Positions 1 to 9,764 are shown, counted from the first letter of the stretch. The stretch is 32,000 nucleotides of DNA from Vibrio vulnificus CMCP6 (GCF_000039765.1 NC_004459.3:1650001-1682000); one strand, 5' to 3'. Made by a program: numbers and translations. Notes: generated from the sequence alone by a model not told the origin.

Positions 1-708
1 ACCCAATAGCTGGTCGTTGTTTGCGATCTGAGGTACACGCAGACAGTCAACTTCTAGGTTCGCAGAATCCCAGTAGTTAGGGTTACGACACTGAATGTAT
101 AGCTGAGGAGTGAAGGTGTCGATAACCGTAAATGGACCAGTACCTACAGGGTTTTCGTTCGTGAATGTTGTTGGATCTTTCACTTCTTTCCATACGTGCT
201 CAGCAACGATAGGAACAAGAGAAATTTCGTAAGGTACGTTTGAGTTAGCTTCGCTTAGACGGAAACGAACTTGGTAGTCATTCAGTTTCTCTACGCTAGT
301 TACCCACTTGTTGATACCACGTTGGTCAAGTTCTGGTTTGTTCTTAAGTAGAGCATAAGAGAACACAACGTCGTCAGCATTGAATGCTTGACCGTCAGAC
401 CATTTAACACCTTTACGGATGTCAAACGTTACGCTCATTAGGTCATCAGACATGCGGAAGTCTTCAGCAAGACGCATAACTGGCGTGTTGCCGTGCATCT
501 CATTGAAAACAACTAGTGGCTCATAGATGAAGTCCGTTGTTGTGCGAAGGTTAGTCGCCAAGTACGGGTTAAAGTTACGTACCATTGTAGGGTAAAAATC
601 AGGTACGATGGTCAGCTCACTACGAGCTGCCGCTGGTGCTGAAATGCTGGTCGCTGCTGCGGCGATAACTGCAGTTGCTAGAGCTGTCTTTTTAATATTG
701 GCAAGCAT
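1..708 (-). CDS. cbp: Extracellular solute-binding protein family 5, N-terminal part (truncated at the window edge); likely the chitin-oligosaccharide-binding protein next to chiS
   Basis: Read manually on the - strand from ATG (CAT at 706-708): MLANIKKTALATAVIAAAATSISAPAAARSELTIVPDFYPTMVRNFNPYLATNLRTTTDFIYEPLVVFNE... followed by WSDGQAFNADDVVFSYALLK, typical of DppA/OppA-type binding proteins. A signal peptide is visible. The specific Cbp call comes from adjacency to a ChiS-like kinase. Confidence 0.85.
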   Translation of the reverse strand, partial: MLANIKKTALATAVIAAAATSISAPAAARSELTIVPDFYPTMVRNFNPYLATNLRTTTDFIYEPLVVFNEMHGNTPVMRLAEDFRMSDDLMSVTFDIRKGVKWSDGQAFNADDVVFSYALLKNKPELDQRGINKWVTSVEKLNDYQVRFRLSEANSNVPYEISLVPIVAEHVWKEVKDPTTFTNENPVGTGPFTVIDTFTPQLYIQCRNPNYWDSANLEVDCLRVPQIANNDQLLG

Positions 709-1593
709 AGCTGTTCCTTACTATTTTGCTTTCATTTCACAATGTTTGGAATGTCATCAATTGATAAACACTCTCCAAGACCTACCTCTGATAATCATTT
801 ACCAAAGTGGCCTGTAGGCCTTAGGCAAGGCTAAGAAAACACCTTAGCGAGAAAATAATCAAATAGCATTCCCGTTAAAAACGTTAAAACTCCTAACAAC
901 TCCGTTATAAACGTCATTTTTTTTATCTGAGTTGGTTTTTTGAGCAAAAAATGGACATTGATGTGTGTCGCATTGTTCTTAATGTAGGTAGGTGTCTGTT
1001 AGTGGTTACTTACCTCTCTGGCTCTTTGTACTATAGATATTAGGCTTCTGGTTCTAAATGAGGATCTCGCTCACACAGCAAAATGACGTTAATTAATCGA
1101 CAAAAATTTAATCTGCCGTTCTGTTGTGATTGATCTCGCAATATGGTTTAAAAGTCCCCACTTTAGGCGAGAGTAATGGTTTGTACGATGAAAAAATGGC
1201 ATTTTTTTCGCACTGAGTGATGGTTATTTTTAACTGAGAATAAAGTGCGTATTGGGCATATCTGCGTGGTTTTTATTCGCACATCATTAGCGGTGTTTAC
1301 CACTTCATTTCTGCAGCGAAGGGGACAAGCAAAGGCAAAACATAACGCGCAGGTATCCCGCCTATATGGATGTGAGAGCGGTTTACCCTGCAATAACCGT
1401 AGGCGAGCAAGCGTTTCCTATAATCGTAAAGACATCCCCTAGCGCGTTTGCGCTTTAAGAGTAGTAGAGAGGCTCGAAATATCGTCAAGGACGTGTTGCG
1501 CTGTCTGATGACGGTAGAGCATGCTCATCAACACTGGAGTTGATATTGCTTGTTCTGAGGGGAAGTACGCAACTATCTGAAAGTTGGGCAAAT

Positions 1594-1621
1594 GAAAAGC
1601 CCGACTCTTTCGAATCGGGCT
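1594..1621 (-). terminator. Candidate intrinsic terminator downstream of the chiS-like gene
   Basis: Inverted repeat AGCCCGA (1598-1604) / TCGGGCT (1615-1621). Read on the - strand it ends in TTTT. Confidence 0.6.
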
Positions 1622-1648
1622 GAAGTTAACGATAGACGCCCAACATTA

Positions 1649-4600
1649 TTAGCTGGTGAGCAGGCGTTGTAATTTATCTCGCTGCATCTCAATGTAAGTA
1701 CGCTCAGGACTTTGCTCTTTACAGTGCTCCAGAATGTACTCAATAGAACTCAACACGGTTCTCCAACGCGGCGTTTTTGGCAAGGTTTCAATTCGCATGT
1801 ATTTATCAAGTGTGCGAGTTTGTAGCGTGCTGCGGTCGAGATAAACACGCCATAAACCACTTTGTTCAGCAAAGGTAAATTTGTTTTCACCTGTCACTGA
1901 CTCCCAATAATCGAGTGCATGCGTCATCAAATCCACGAGGACTTCACGCATCAGCTCTTGCTTATTCTTATTGGTACCCAGCGCTTTGTCGGCCAGGCGA
2001 GTAAATTCTCCCCCTAGCTCTTTGAGGCTCTGTAAGCGCTCTTTGTCACCATCAAAGGCATAGCTTGAAAGGACTTCTACGGCGGTTTCTAGGTTGTGCA
2101 CACGAGAAGCAGCAGCGCCTCCCCCGACATTAAAGATAAACATCGCATCAAGGCCAGACCCTTCTGGTAGTTTAAGGATATCCGTTTCAATATGCTGTCG
2201 AACATCGTCGACATAGATATCGATATTGCCGCAATAGTGCTGCTGTTTGACGGTTAAATATTTGGGTGCAATAAGTTCTTCTGCGTTTGAGCGCTTGAGT
2301 TGCTCTAAGCTGCGTTTGAACAGTTTACAGGCCGCGTCATTGGCAAAGCGAATACGCTTATCTTCACGAATACAGATAATGGCTTCTGGGGCCGATTCCA
2401 ATTGTTCTAATAAACGCCCTTGTGTTTCCAGTAAGCTCGCTTCTACCATAGCACGTTGGCGAAGCTCCGCTTCAAGGCGATTATTTTCCAAGCGACGAGC
2501 TTCTGCTTTACTTGCCATTAAATGCGCTTTAATTCGGGCCGCAAGCTCTTGCTTATTAAATGGTTTGGTTAAGTAATCATTGGCCCCAGCTTCGAATCCT
2601 CGCACGCGATCTTCGCTCTGACTCAACGCCGTTAGCATGATAATAGGCAATTCTGCCATGTCGTATTGCTGTCGGAGTTGATGGCAAACTTGATAACCGC
2701 TCATGCCTGGCATCATTATGTCGAGCAACAGCAAGGCGGGTTTTTCATGTTCAATGAGTTCGAGAGTGTCTGGGCCATCTGAGGCCGTTTGCACTCGGTA
2801 CCCTTCGATGCGTAGGAAACTTTCAAGCACGCGTAAGTTGACGGGTTCATCATCGGCCACAATCAGTAGCGGACCATTGGGATTTTCTGGCAGTGAGGAA
2901 TTATCTAATGAGATCAATTCATTGCTATCTGGCGCTTGGAAGTGATGTTGATTTTGCATGACTTCCGTGGCACTGATTTCGTCTGCGCTGGCCAATGGCA
3001 AGGTGAAGCTAAAGGTGGTGCCAACCATAGGTTGACTGCTGACGTAGAGCGATCCTCCCATTAACTCGATAAGCTGACGGCTAATGGAAAGTCCCAGACC
3101 GGCACCTTGGCGATAACGACCAGAGTCGCGACCAGCTTGAATAAGCGGTTCGAAAATATGCTCCAACTGTTCTGCGGGAATGCCTTGGCCGGTATCGACG
3201 ACTTGCACTCGAACTTTATCGTCAACCACATTGGCGGAAATGACGATTTTCCCTTCAGTGGTGTATTTGATCGCGTTGCCAATAAGGTTATACAGCACCT
3301 GTTCTAATCGCTGTGGATCGGCAGATACCGGCGCAACATCGTTAGAAACCTGATTAATGATGCGCAGAGTTTTGTTGCCCAATAAATGGTGAGAGAGCTC
3401 TAATACCAGTCGAGTTGCACTGGCCAAATTGACGGCGGACTTTTGAATATCCAAACTGCCATAGCGCATTTTGTGGTAGTCAAGCAAGTCATCCACAAGC
3501 GTAGCTAAGCGCTGGCCACTCTTAATAATAATGTCCAGTTGATAGCGCTGGTTAGAGGGCAGTGGGCCGTTTGCCCCTGAGATGAGGGTTTCTGCAATAC
3601 CAATCATGCCATGCAGTGGAGTGCGTAGCTCATGAGAGGTCGTCGCCAAAAATTCATCTTTGAGCTTATCGGCCAATTGCAATTCGTCATTTTGCTTTTG
3701 AATCAGTTGTAGATTTTTCTCTAGCTCCGCATTTTGCGTTTTAATGAGCTGAATTTTATCGCGAATAGAGCGTTGCATTCGTTCAAAACTGATCGCTAAA
3801 CGGCCAATTTCGTCTTTGCGCTCGGTATTAATCATGTTTTCATCGAGATCACCTGCAGAAACGCGCTCTGCAGCCCAAGTGAGTTTGAGTAGTGGTGAGG
3901 TGATGAAATTCGATAAGTAGTGAGATGAGATAAACACCAGCACGATCGCAATCAACATAGCGATGACGAACAGTTTTTCTAACTGATGAATGCGTGCAAA
4001 CGCTTCTTTCTCCGGCAACTGAACCACTAACGCCCAGGTTTGACCTTTGAATGAAATTGGCGCATAGGCGGCGATGGTCGCCTCATCGCTGCTGTTGATA
4101 TAAGTCCCCACATCCGTCAGTCCCGCGAGGGCCTTATCGACCACTTCAATACTGCTTTCGATATCGGTTTGCTTTGTGGTCATCGTGCGAGGTAAGTGGT
4201 CACTTCCAACCAGCAAAGTGTGGATAGCTGCATCTTTATTGATGTCTGCAATCAGTTTAGTGATGCCATTGTTGGGTAGCCTGAACATGGCGTAGCTGTG
4301 CAGATAGCCTTGCTGGATGATCGGTGCACCCAACCAAGCGACTTGTTTGCCATCTTCAACCGAGAAGTCGGAAATATAGACGGGGGTATAGTCTTCGTTT
4401 TGCTTGCGTTTTTCGCTGACGTCATTGGCCAATTGACGGAAGCTTTTGCCGAGCATGCTCTCTTTAAAAGGCCCTTCAATTAAGTTTGTGCCAAAGTTTT
4501 CATTTTTGTAGATGGAGTAGGTGACGTTGCCATCGAGATCCACCAACAAAATATCGTCAAAATCGGAGCGCTTCAAAAGCTCCAAATAGGCCCAGTGATA

Positions 4601-5038
4601 GCGCTTATGTAGTAAACGGTAGCGTTCACTACCAACAAAAGAGCTGGATTCCGGTAAAATCGACGTTTTTATTTGATCGCCAGACCCCTGAATATAGCGC
4701 TGTTGAGCGTTTTCTCGAGCCTGTTCCATATCCACGCCTAAGCTTTTGAAGGCGTTGACAAGCCCGTAAAATCGGCCACCACTCGCGTAAGCCAACTCTG
4801 AACGGACAAATCCCATCACTTCCGTTTCTTGTGCTTGGAAATAATCCAGGATCTGTTGTTGTTTGGTGTCTCGAACAGAAAGCAGGTGAGAAGTGCTCTG
4901 TTCTTGGAGATCTTTACTGTGTGATTGCAAAAAGAAAATCGCTGTGATGGTTAATGGCGTGATACTCAGCACCAAAAACGCAGTCATCAGAGTACTTTGA
5001 AGGCGTTTAAACTTCTGTTTGCGATAAAACTTAAACAT
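1649..5038 (-). CDS. chiS: Membrane hybrid sensor histidine kinase / response regulator, ChiS-like (chitin utilization regulator)
   Basis: 1129-aa ORF: N-terminal TM and large sensor domain, second TM, HAMP-like region, HisKA H-box (DEFLATTSHELRTPLHGMIG), HATPase motifs (NLIGNAIKYT, DTGQGIP, GLGLSISRQL), REC domain (LLLDIMMPGMSG, KPFNKQEL), then a C-terminal extension. Neighbour of a family 5 binding protein, as in Vibrio chitin loci. Confidence 0.9.
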   Translation of the reverse strand: MFKFYRKQKFKRLQSTLMTAFLVLSITPLTITAIFFLQSHSKDLQEQSTSHLLSVRDTKQQQILDYFQAQETEVMGFVRSELAYASGGRFYGLVNAFKSLGVDMEQARENAQQRYIQGSGDQIKTSILPESSSFVGSERYRLLHKRYHWAYLELLKRSDFDDILLVDLDGNVTYSIYKNENFGTNLIEGPFKESMLGKSFRQLANDVSEKRKQNEDYTPVYISDFSVEDGKQVAWLGAPIIQQGYLHSYAMFRLPNNGITKLIADINKDAAIHTLLVGSDHLPRTMTTKQTDIESSIEVVDKALAGLTDVGTYINSSDEATIAAYAPISFKGQTWALVVQLPEKEAFARIHQLEKLFVIAMLIAIVLVFISSHYLSNFITSPLLKLTWAAERVSAGDLDENMINTERKDEIGRLAISFERMQRSIRDKIQLIKTQNAELEKNLQLIQKQNDELQLADKLKDEFLATTSHELRTPLHGMIGIAETLISGANGPLPSNQRYQLDIIIKSGQRLATLVDDLLDYHKMRYGSLDIQKSAVNLASATRLVLELSHHLLGNKTLRIINQVSNDVAPVSADPQRLEQVLYNLIGNAIKYTTEGKIVISANVVDDKVRVQVVDTGQGIPAEQLEHIFEPLIQAGRDSGRYRQGAGLGLSISRQLIELMGGSLYVSSQPMVGTTFSFTLPLASADEISATEVMQNQHHFQAPDSNELISLDNSSLPENPNGPLLIVADDEPVNLRVLESFLRIEGYRVQTASDGPDTLELIEHEKPALLLLDIMMPGMSGYQVCHQLRQQYDMAELPIIMLTALSQSEDRVRGFEAGANDYLTKPFNKQELAARIKAHLMASKAEARRLENNRLEAELRQRAMVEASLLETQGRLLEQLESAPEAIICIREDKRIRFANDAACKLFKRSLEQLKRSNAEELIAPKYLTVKQQHYCGNIDIYVDDVRQHIETDILKLPEGSGLDAMFIFNVGGGAAASRVHNLETAVEVLSSYAFDGDKERLQSLKELGGEFTRLADKALGTNKNKQELMREVLVDLMTHALDYWESVTGENKFTFAEQSGLWRVYLDRSTLQTRTLDKYMRIETLPKTPRWRTVLSSIEYILEHCKEQSPERTYIEMQRDKLQRLLTS

Positions 5039-5244
5039 ACAATTTCGTCAAGGTTGTGAAGACAAGGTTTCGAATCAAAGTTGTGAATGCATGAATTTAC
5101 TCTCGTTCAAGGCCAGTTTTGCGGAGATAAGAGTAAAAGGATTCAAATTTAACGAAATTAACGAGTTTTTTTACTTTGACAAGTAAGTTGTCATCAATTC
5201 GTGGAGAGTGGCGCAAAAATATCGAATGGGTGATGGAAATTGAG

Positions 5245-5274
5245 CAAAAGCAGCACAGTTAGACGCTGTGCTGC
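5245..5274 (-). terminator. Candidate intrinsic terminator downstream of rsmC
   Basis: GCAGCACAG (5250-5258) / CTGTGCTGC (5266-5274). Read on the - strand it is followed by TTTT. Confidence 0.65.
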
Positions 5275-5284
5275 AGAAGAATCG

Positions 5285-6307
5285 TTATTTGCTGGCGTGG
5301 TATATCGAGAACTTATTGGTCTTATTTAGAGTCGCGCAATTACTGAATGCTTGCTCAATAATAGGTGGGTATTTGAGGAAGCTGTTTGCTACGATGATCA
5401 ATTCGCCTTGCTTGTTCAAATACTGTGGCGCTTGGCCTAATAGTGTTTCAGCCGCTTTGTAATTGGTGTCCAAACCACTGTGAAATGGAGGGTTAGAGAT
5501 GATAAAACGATAGTCATCAGCAGTATCGGAGTAGATGTCTGAAGCGAAAACGCGGCCTTGCAAACCATTGGCTGCCAGAGTTGCCTCACTTGACGCTAAC
5601 GCGTATGCATTGATGTCACACATCTCGAGTTCGATAGCTGGGTTGCGCTTGGCCATGAATGCGCCAATAACACCAGCACCACAACCAAAATCCAACACCT
5701 TGCCACTTAAAGAGGGAAGCGTTTCCAGCAGTAATTGACTGCCTAAATCAAACTCGCCATGGCTAAAGACACCCGGTAGGCTTTGAATCTCTAATTGTTG
5801 TCCGTGAATATTGATGGAGTAATGACGGAACCAATCGGCTTGATTAAAGGCGTTTGGTTGCGTGTTGCATTGCCCCCAATAAAAGGAGCAGCGACGAGCT
5901 GAATCGTACTTGTTGACGGGGCCATACGCTTGGAACATTTTTTCGATGCTTTTAACACCAGAGCGATTCTCACCCACCACGACAATTTCGCAGCCAGAAC
6001 CCAACTTAGCCAGCAGCATGGCGAGGAGATATTCCGCCTCTGCTTTTGCCTTTGGCCAGTAAAGCAGTAAGAGATCAGCTTGGCTATCTGCCTCAAGTTG
6101 CGAGCCAAAGTAGCTGGTGATCGTTGAATGGGCGCGAATTTGACGGAAATAGCTGTAATTCGACGTGAACACACTCACCGATTCACAGTGTTCAGCCAGT
6201 TCGAGTGGAAACAAATCTTCAACTTCCCCTGCGACGAGCACGTGCTTTCCGTTGAAATAGTCGAGTTGTCGTTGGGCAATTTGGCTAGGAGCAGTATAGG
6301 CAGACAT
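5285..6307 (-). CDS. rsmC: 16S rRNA (guanine1207-N2)-methyltransferase RsmC
   Basis: 340-aa ORF with the SAM-binding motif [20 protein letters not shown] and catalytic motif [10 protein letters not shown]. Confidence 0.9.
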   Translation of the reverse strand: MSAYTAPSQIAQRQLDYFNGKHVLVAGEVEDLFPLELAEHCESVSVFTSNYSYFRQIRAHSTITSYFGSQLEADSQADLLLLYWPKAKAEAEYLLAMLLAKLGSGCEIVVVGENRSGVKSIEKMFQAYGPVNKYDSARRCSFYWGQCNTQPNAFNQADWFRHYSINIHGQQLEIQSLPGVFSHGEFDLGSQLLLETLPSLSGKVLDFGCGAGVIGAFMAKRNPAIELEMCDINAYALASSEATLAANGLQGRVFASDIYSDTADDYRFIISNPPFHSGLDTNYKAAETLLGQAPQYLNKQGELIIVANSFLKYPPIIEQAFSNCATLNKTNKFSIYHASK

Positions 6308-6323
6308 GAAGTGGCGTCAGTTA

Positions 6324-6358
6324 GAAAAAAGTGGGCAGATTTTCTCATAATCTGCCCA
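6324..6358 (-). terminator. Intrinsic terminator downstream of the permease gene
   Basis: Perfect 10-bp stem TGGGCAGATT (6332-6341) / AATCTGCCCA (6349-6358). On the - strand a TTTTTT tract follows. Confidence 0.75.
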
Positions 6359-6380
6359 GGACTTGAAGTAGTGGTGTTGG

Positions 6381-7466
6381 TTAGCTGTTGTCTTGCTGGT
6401 CAAGGAAGCCCTTAAACTCTTCCTCGTAAATATTAAATAGCACCATAGTGATAGCAAAAATCAGTGGCCCGTAGATCAGACCTATCAGTCCAAATAACTG
6501 AATCCCTCCCAATAGGGAGAAGAAGATCAGCAAGGTGTTCATTCCGCCACTGCCTTGCATTAAAAATGGTCTTAGTAAGTTATCTATTGAGCCAACAATA
6601 GCGATGCTCCAAATGGCAAGGAAGATAGCCCAACCAGTATCGCCGGTTAAGAACAAGTAGATGGTGGCCGGGATCCAAATAAGCGCGGTACCGACAACGG
6701 GAATGAAGGAAGCAAAGCCCATCATGGTGCCCCAGAAGAGCCCTGGGAAGCCCGCAAGCCACATCCCTAAACCACCGGCAATCCCTTGTGCAATCGCGGT
6801 GAGAAAAGAGCCCATTACCGCAGATTTAGAGACATTTTCAATCTCACTCAGCAGCTTATCTTCTTGGCTACGCGATAAGGGCAGAATATGACGAATCGCA
6901 CTGATGATTTTGTCGTGATCGCGCAATAAGAAAAAGAGCACAAACAGCATCAAGAAAAAATCCATCAGGAAGTTGGTCGCGTCACCGAGTATTTTTGCAC
7001 TGATGGCAACCAAGTTTGAACCAAATGATGTGGCGAGTTGGCCAATTTTTTCTGCAATGGATTTGGCGTCAATATTGTCAAAAGGTAAGTACTCATTAAC
7101 CAGCTTTAGACCTTTAACAATCCACGGATGACCAAGCACTTGCTGGATACCGCCATGTGTCACCCACTGGTAGGTATTTTGCGAGAAAACAGACCCTTGC
7201 TGAACAATGGCAGCAAAAACAAACAACAAAGGCACAACGATAATAAAGGTTAAAACAACGCAAGAGAGCAAGGACGCCATATTGCGATGTTTGGGCATTT
7301 TGCTTTCAAACCAGTCGTGAATGGGAAACATCAATAGGGAAATGATGAACGCCATGATAATCGAGTTTATATAAGGCTCGACCAACAGGTAGCACGCAGT
7401 CCCTGCGGCTAACAACGCGACGATCAGCACCCAGTGGCTTGAGCTGATTTTAATTTTTTCTGGCAC
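6381..7466 (-). CDS. AI-2E transporter / PerM-family membrane protein
   Basis: 361-aa multi-TM ORF with the family-typical C-terminal region (GSIDNLLRPFLMQGSGGMNTLLIFFSLLGGIQLFGLIGLIYGPLIFA). Confidence 0.85.
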   Translation of the reverse strand: MPEKIKISSSHWVLIVALLAAGTACYLLVEPYINSIIMAFIISLLMFPIHDWFESKMPKHRNMASLLSCVVLTFIIVVPLLFVFAAIVQQGSVFSQNTYQWVTHGGIQQVLGHPWIVKGLKLVNEYLPFDNIDAKSIAEKIGQLATSFGSNLVAISAKILGDATNFLMDFFLMLFVLFFLLRDHDKIISAIRHILPLSRSQEDKLLSEIENVSKSAVMGSFLTAIAQGIAGGLGMWLAGFPGLFWGTMMGFASFIPVVGTALIWIPATIYLFLTGDTGWAIFLAIWSIAIVGSIDNLLRPFLMQGSGGMNTLLIFFSLLGGIQLFGLIGLIYGPLIFAITMVLFNIYEEEFKGFLDQQDNS

Positions 7467-7542
7467 GGTAACAGTCCAATTAGTTGCAGTCTGTGGCTAT
7501 AATGACCTGAAACTCGAAGCTTATCAACGCAATGGGGCGATT

Positions 7543-7659
7543 ATGGGTTGTTGTAATAATGAGAAAGGCTGTGAAGCGAGAAAAGCATCACGACGTATTC
7601 CTTGGTTCGCGGTGACCATTGGTGTGCTCGCGCTGTTGGTGATATTTAATTGGCAATGA
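7543..7659 (+). CDS. Candidate 38-aa small membrane protein (not in the supplied ORF track)
   Basis: ATG at 7543 and TGA at 7657-7659 give MGCCNNEKGCEARKASRRIPWFAVTIGVLALLVIFNWQ: Cys-rich N-terminus, basic patch, then a hydrophobic helix. A strong terminator follows directly. Confidence 0.5.
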   Translation: MGCCNNEKGCEARKASRRIPWFAVTIGVLALLVIFNWQ

Positions 7660-7696
7660 AAAAGGATCGCTGACTGCGATCCTTTCCTTATTTTTG
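7660..7696. terminator. Bidirectional intrinsic terminator (small ORF / hemL)
   Basis: Perfect 10-bp stem AAAGGATCGC (7661-7670) / GCGATCCTTT (7676-7685) with a T-rich tract on the + side (CCTTATTTTTG). Confidence 0.75.
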
Positions 7697-7715
7697 TCGT
7701 TGAGCGTTGGCAATC

Positions 7716-9011
7716 TTACTTGCTTTCTGCTGCCAAAATCGCAAAACAACGATCTGCCGCTTCCAATGTCGCCTCAATCTCTTTGCTACCGTGAGCTAAT
7801 GAGGTGAAGCTGGCTTCAAAGGCAGAAGGCGCCAAATAAACACCGTGATCAATCATGAGGTGGAAGAAGCGTTTGAAGCGTTCAATATCGCACTTAGTGA
7901 CATCTTCATAGCAAGTGATCTGCTCTTGCTCAGTAAAGAAGAAGCCAAACATACCGCCCACTTGGTTGACCACAAGTGGAATACCATGTTGTGCTGCAAG
8001 AGATTTAAAGCCATCGGCCAGATGTTTGGTTTTTGATGCCAGGCGCTTTTCATTGCCTTCTTCACGCAGTAACGTTAAACAAGCGTAGCCCGCCGCCATG
8101 GCAACAGGGTTACCTGATAATGTTCCAGCTTGGTAAACAGGACCGGTTGGAGCAATGTATTGCATGACTTCTTTACGGCCACCAAACGCACCAACTGGCA
8201 TGCCACCACCAATGACCTTACCAAGTGTGGTCAAGTCTGGCTTGATGTTGTAGTGAGCTTGTGCACCACCAAGTGCCACACGGAAGCCGGTCATCACTTC
8301 ATCAAAAATTAGCAGTGCGCCTTCTTGATCGCAGATCTCGCGTAGCCCCTCGTGGAAGCCTTCCACTGGCGGAATACAGTTCATGTTGCCCGCCACCGGT
8401 TCAACGATGATACAGGCGATTTCACCCTTGTTTGCTGCAAACAGTTCTCGTACTGAATCGAGATCGTTAAATGTAGCGGTTAGGGTATGTTTTGCGAAAT
8501 CGGCAGGCACACCTGGAGAACTTGGTTGACCTAGAGTCAAGGCACCAGAGCCCGCTTTAACAAGCAAGCTGTCTGCGTGGCCGTGATAACAACCTTCAAA
8601 CTTTAGAATTTTATCTCGGCCAGTGAAGCCGCGCGCTAGGCGGATTGCACTCATGGTCGCTTCAGTACCTGAACTGACCATGCGTAGTTGCTCCATCGAA
8701 GGAACGAGCTCGGAAACCAACTCAGCCATTTTGATTTCCATTTCGGTCGGAGCACCAAAGCTGAGGCCACGTTGCGCAGCTTCAATCACTGCTTCACGAA
8801 TCACCGCGTGGTTATGGCCCAAAATCATCGGACCCCATGAACCTACGTAATCGATGTAGGCTTTGCCATCCGCATCAAAAATGAAGGCGCCATCGGCTCT
8901 TTCGACGAAAATTGGCGAACCGCCAACGCCGTTGAACGCACGAACGGGTGAGTTAACGCCACCAGGAATGGTTTGCTGGGCTTTTTGATACAGCTCGGCT
9001 GATTTGGTCAT
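7716..9011 (-). CDS. hemL: Glutamate-1-semialdehyde 2,1-aminomutase
   Basis: 431 aa from [26 protein letters not shown]. Contains PLP-enzyme motifs ([64 protein letters not shown]). The 464-aa track ORF has a likely non-native N-terminal extension. Confidence 0.95.
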   Translation of the reverse strand: MTKSAELYQKAQQTIPGGVNSPVRAFNGVGGSPIFVERADGAFIFDADGKAYIDYVGSWGPMILGHNHAVIREAVIEAAQRGLSFGAPTEMEIKMAELVSELVPSMEQLRMVSSGTEATMSAIRLARGFTGRDKILKFEGCYHGHADSLLVKAGSGALTLGQPSSPGVPADFAKHTLTATFNDLDSVRELFAANKGEIACIIVEPVAGNMNCIPPVEGFHEGLREICDQEGALLIFDEVMTGFRVALGGAQAHYNIKPDLTTLGKVIGGGMPVGAFGGRKEVMQYIAPTGPVYQAGTLSGNPVAMAAGYACLTLLREEGNEKRLASKTKHLADGFKSLAAQHGIPLVVNQVGGMFGFFFTEQEQITCYEDVTKCDIERFKRFFHLMIDHGVYLAPSAFEASFTSLAHGSKEIEATLEAADRCFAILAAESK

Positions 9012-9179
9012 GGGTTTATCCTCTTCTGATTGCTCGGACCAAGTGGCGGGCATTGTACCTCTCTCAACGGCAGTTAGAAATATTTTGCTTCGGTTTATGA
9101 CTCTATTCACGGGATTTATAAAAATGTTCTGTTTAGATAATGAGTATTTGGCGAAACATTGTAGACAATACAGTGGTGA

Positions 9180-9204
9180 ATACTTGAACGTATTGGTCAG
9201 GTAT
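9180..9204 (+). promoter_or_regulatory. Candidate IscR type-1 binding site upstream of erpA
   Basis: ATACTTGAACGTATTGGTCAGGTAT agrees with the recalled consensus ATASYYGACTRWWWYAGTCRRSTAT at 22 of 25 positions by hand alignment. Confidence 0.65.
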
Positions 9205-9212
9205 TGGATAAT
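9184..9212 (+). promoter_or_regulatory. Candidate sigma70 promoter of erpA
   Basis: -35 TTGAAC (9184-9189), 17-nt spacer, -10 GATAAT (9207-9212). Confidence 0.6.
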
Positions 9213-9297
9213 CTCGCGATAGCTAAAACAATACCATCGTCAGCGGCCTCTAATATCGAGATTGTCTGGCGGGAATACACGAGTGAGAGAGGTCGTC

Positions 9298-9639
9298 GTG
9301 AGCGATATTAATCTACCATTATCATTTTCTGATGCAGCAGCAGCACGAGTTAAGATGTTGATTGCTGAAGAAGAAAACCCAGCGCTTAAATTGCGTGTTT
9401 ACATTACTGGCGGTGGTTGTAGCGGCTTCCAGTACGGTTTTACTTTTGATGAAAGCGTCAATGAAGGCGATACCACTATCGAAAACAGTGGTGTTACGTT
9501 AGTTGTTGACCCAATGAGTCTGCAGTATTTAATTGGCGGCGTTGTCGATTACACAGAAGGGTTGGAAGGCTCACGCTTTTTCGTCAACAACCCAAATGCA
9601 ACAACCACGTGTGGTTGTGGTGCATCATTCAGCGTGTAG
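9298..9639 (+). CDS. erpA: A-type iron-sulfur cluster insertion protein ErpA
   Basis: GTG start at 9298, 113 aa: [22 protein letters not shown]...[13 protein letters not shown]...[12 protein letters not shown]. The three conserved cysteines of A-type carriers are present. The track ORF extends upstream from a TTG. Confidence 0.93.
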   Translation: MSDINLPLSFSDAAAARVKMLIAEEENPALKLRVYITGGGCSGFQYGFTFDESVNEGDTTIENSGVTLVVDPMSLQYLIGGVVDYTEGLEGSRFFVNNPNATTTCGCGASFSV

Positions 9640-9660
9640 TCTCACCAACAGCTGATTATC

Positions 9661-9693
9661 AGGTGGTTGGCAAAACCAACCACCTCAGTTTTA
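9661..9693 (+). terminator. Intrinsic terminator of erpA
   Basis: Perfect stem AGGTGGTTGG (9661-9670) / CCAACCACCT (9676-9685), then CAGTTTT. Confidence 0.6.
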
Positions 9694-9764
9694 CGTATTA
9701 GGATGTCACGTAAAACTTGCTCCAGATTCCGTCTTGCTGAGCACAAAAATAAAAAGGACTTTCT

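Noticed and set aside
1163-1488. Small ORFs (76, 65, 63 aa) on both strands in the cbp-chiS gap
   Set aside because: They overlap each other on both strands, lack clear SD sequences and have unconvincing composition. More likely non-coding DNA, reported as a regulatory/RNA candidate instead.
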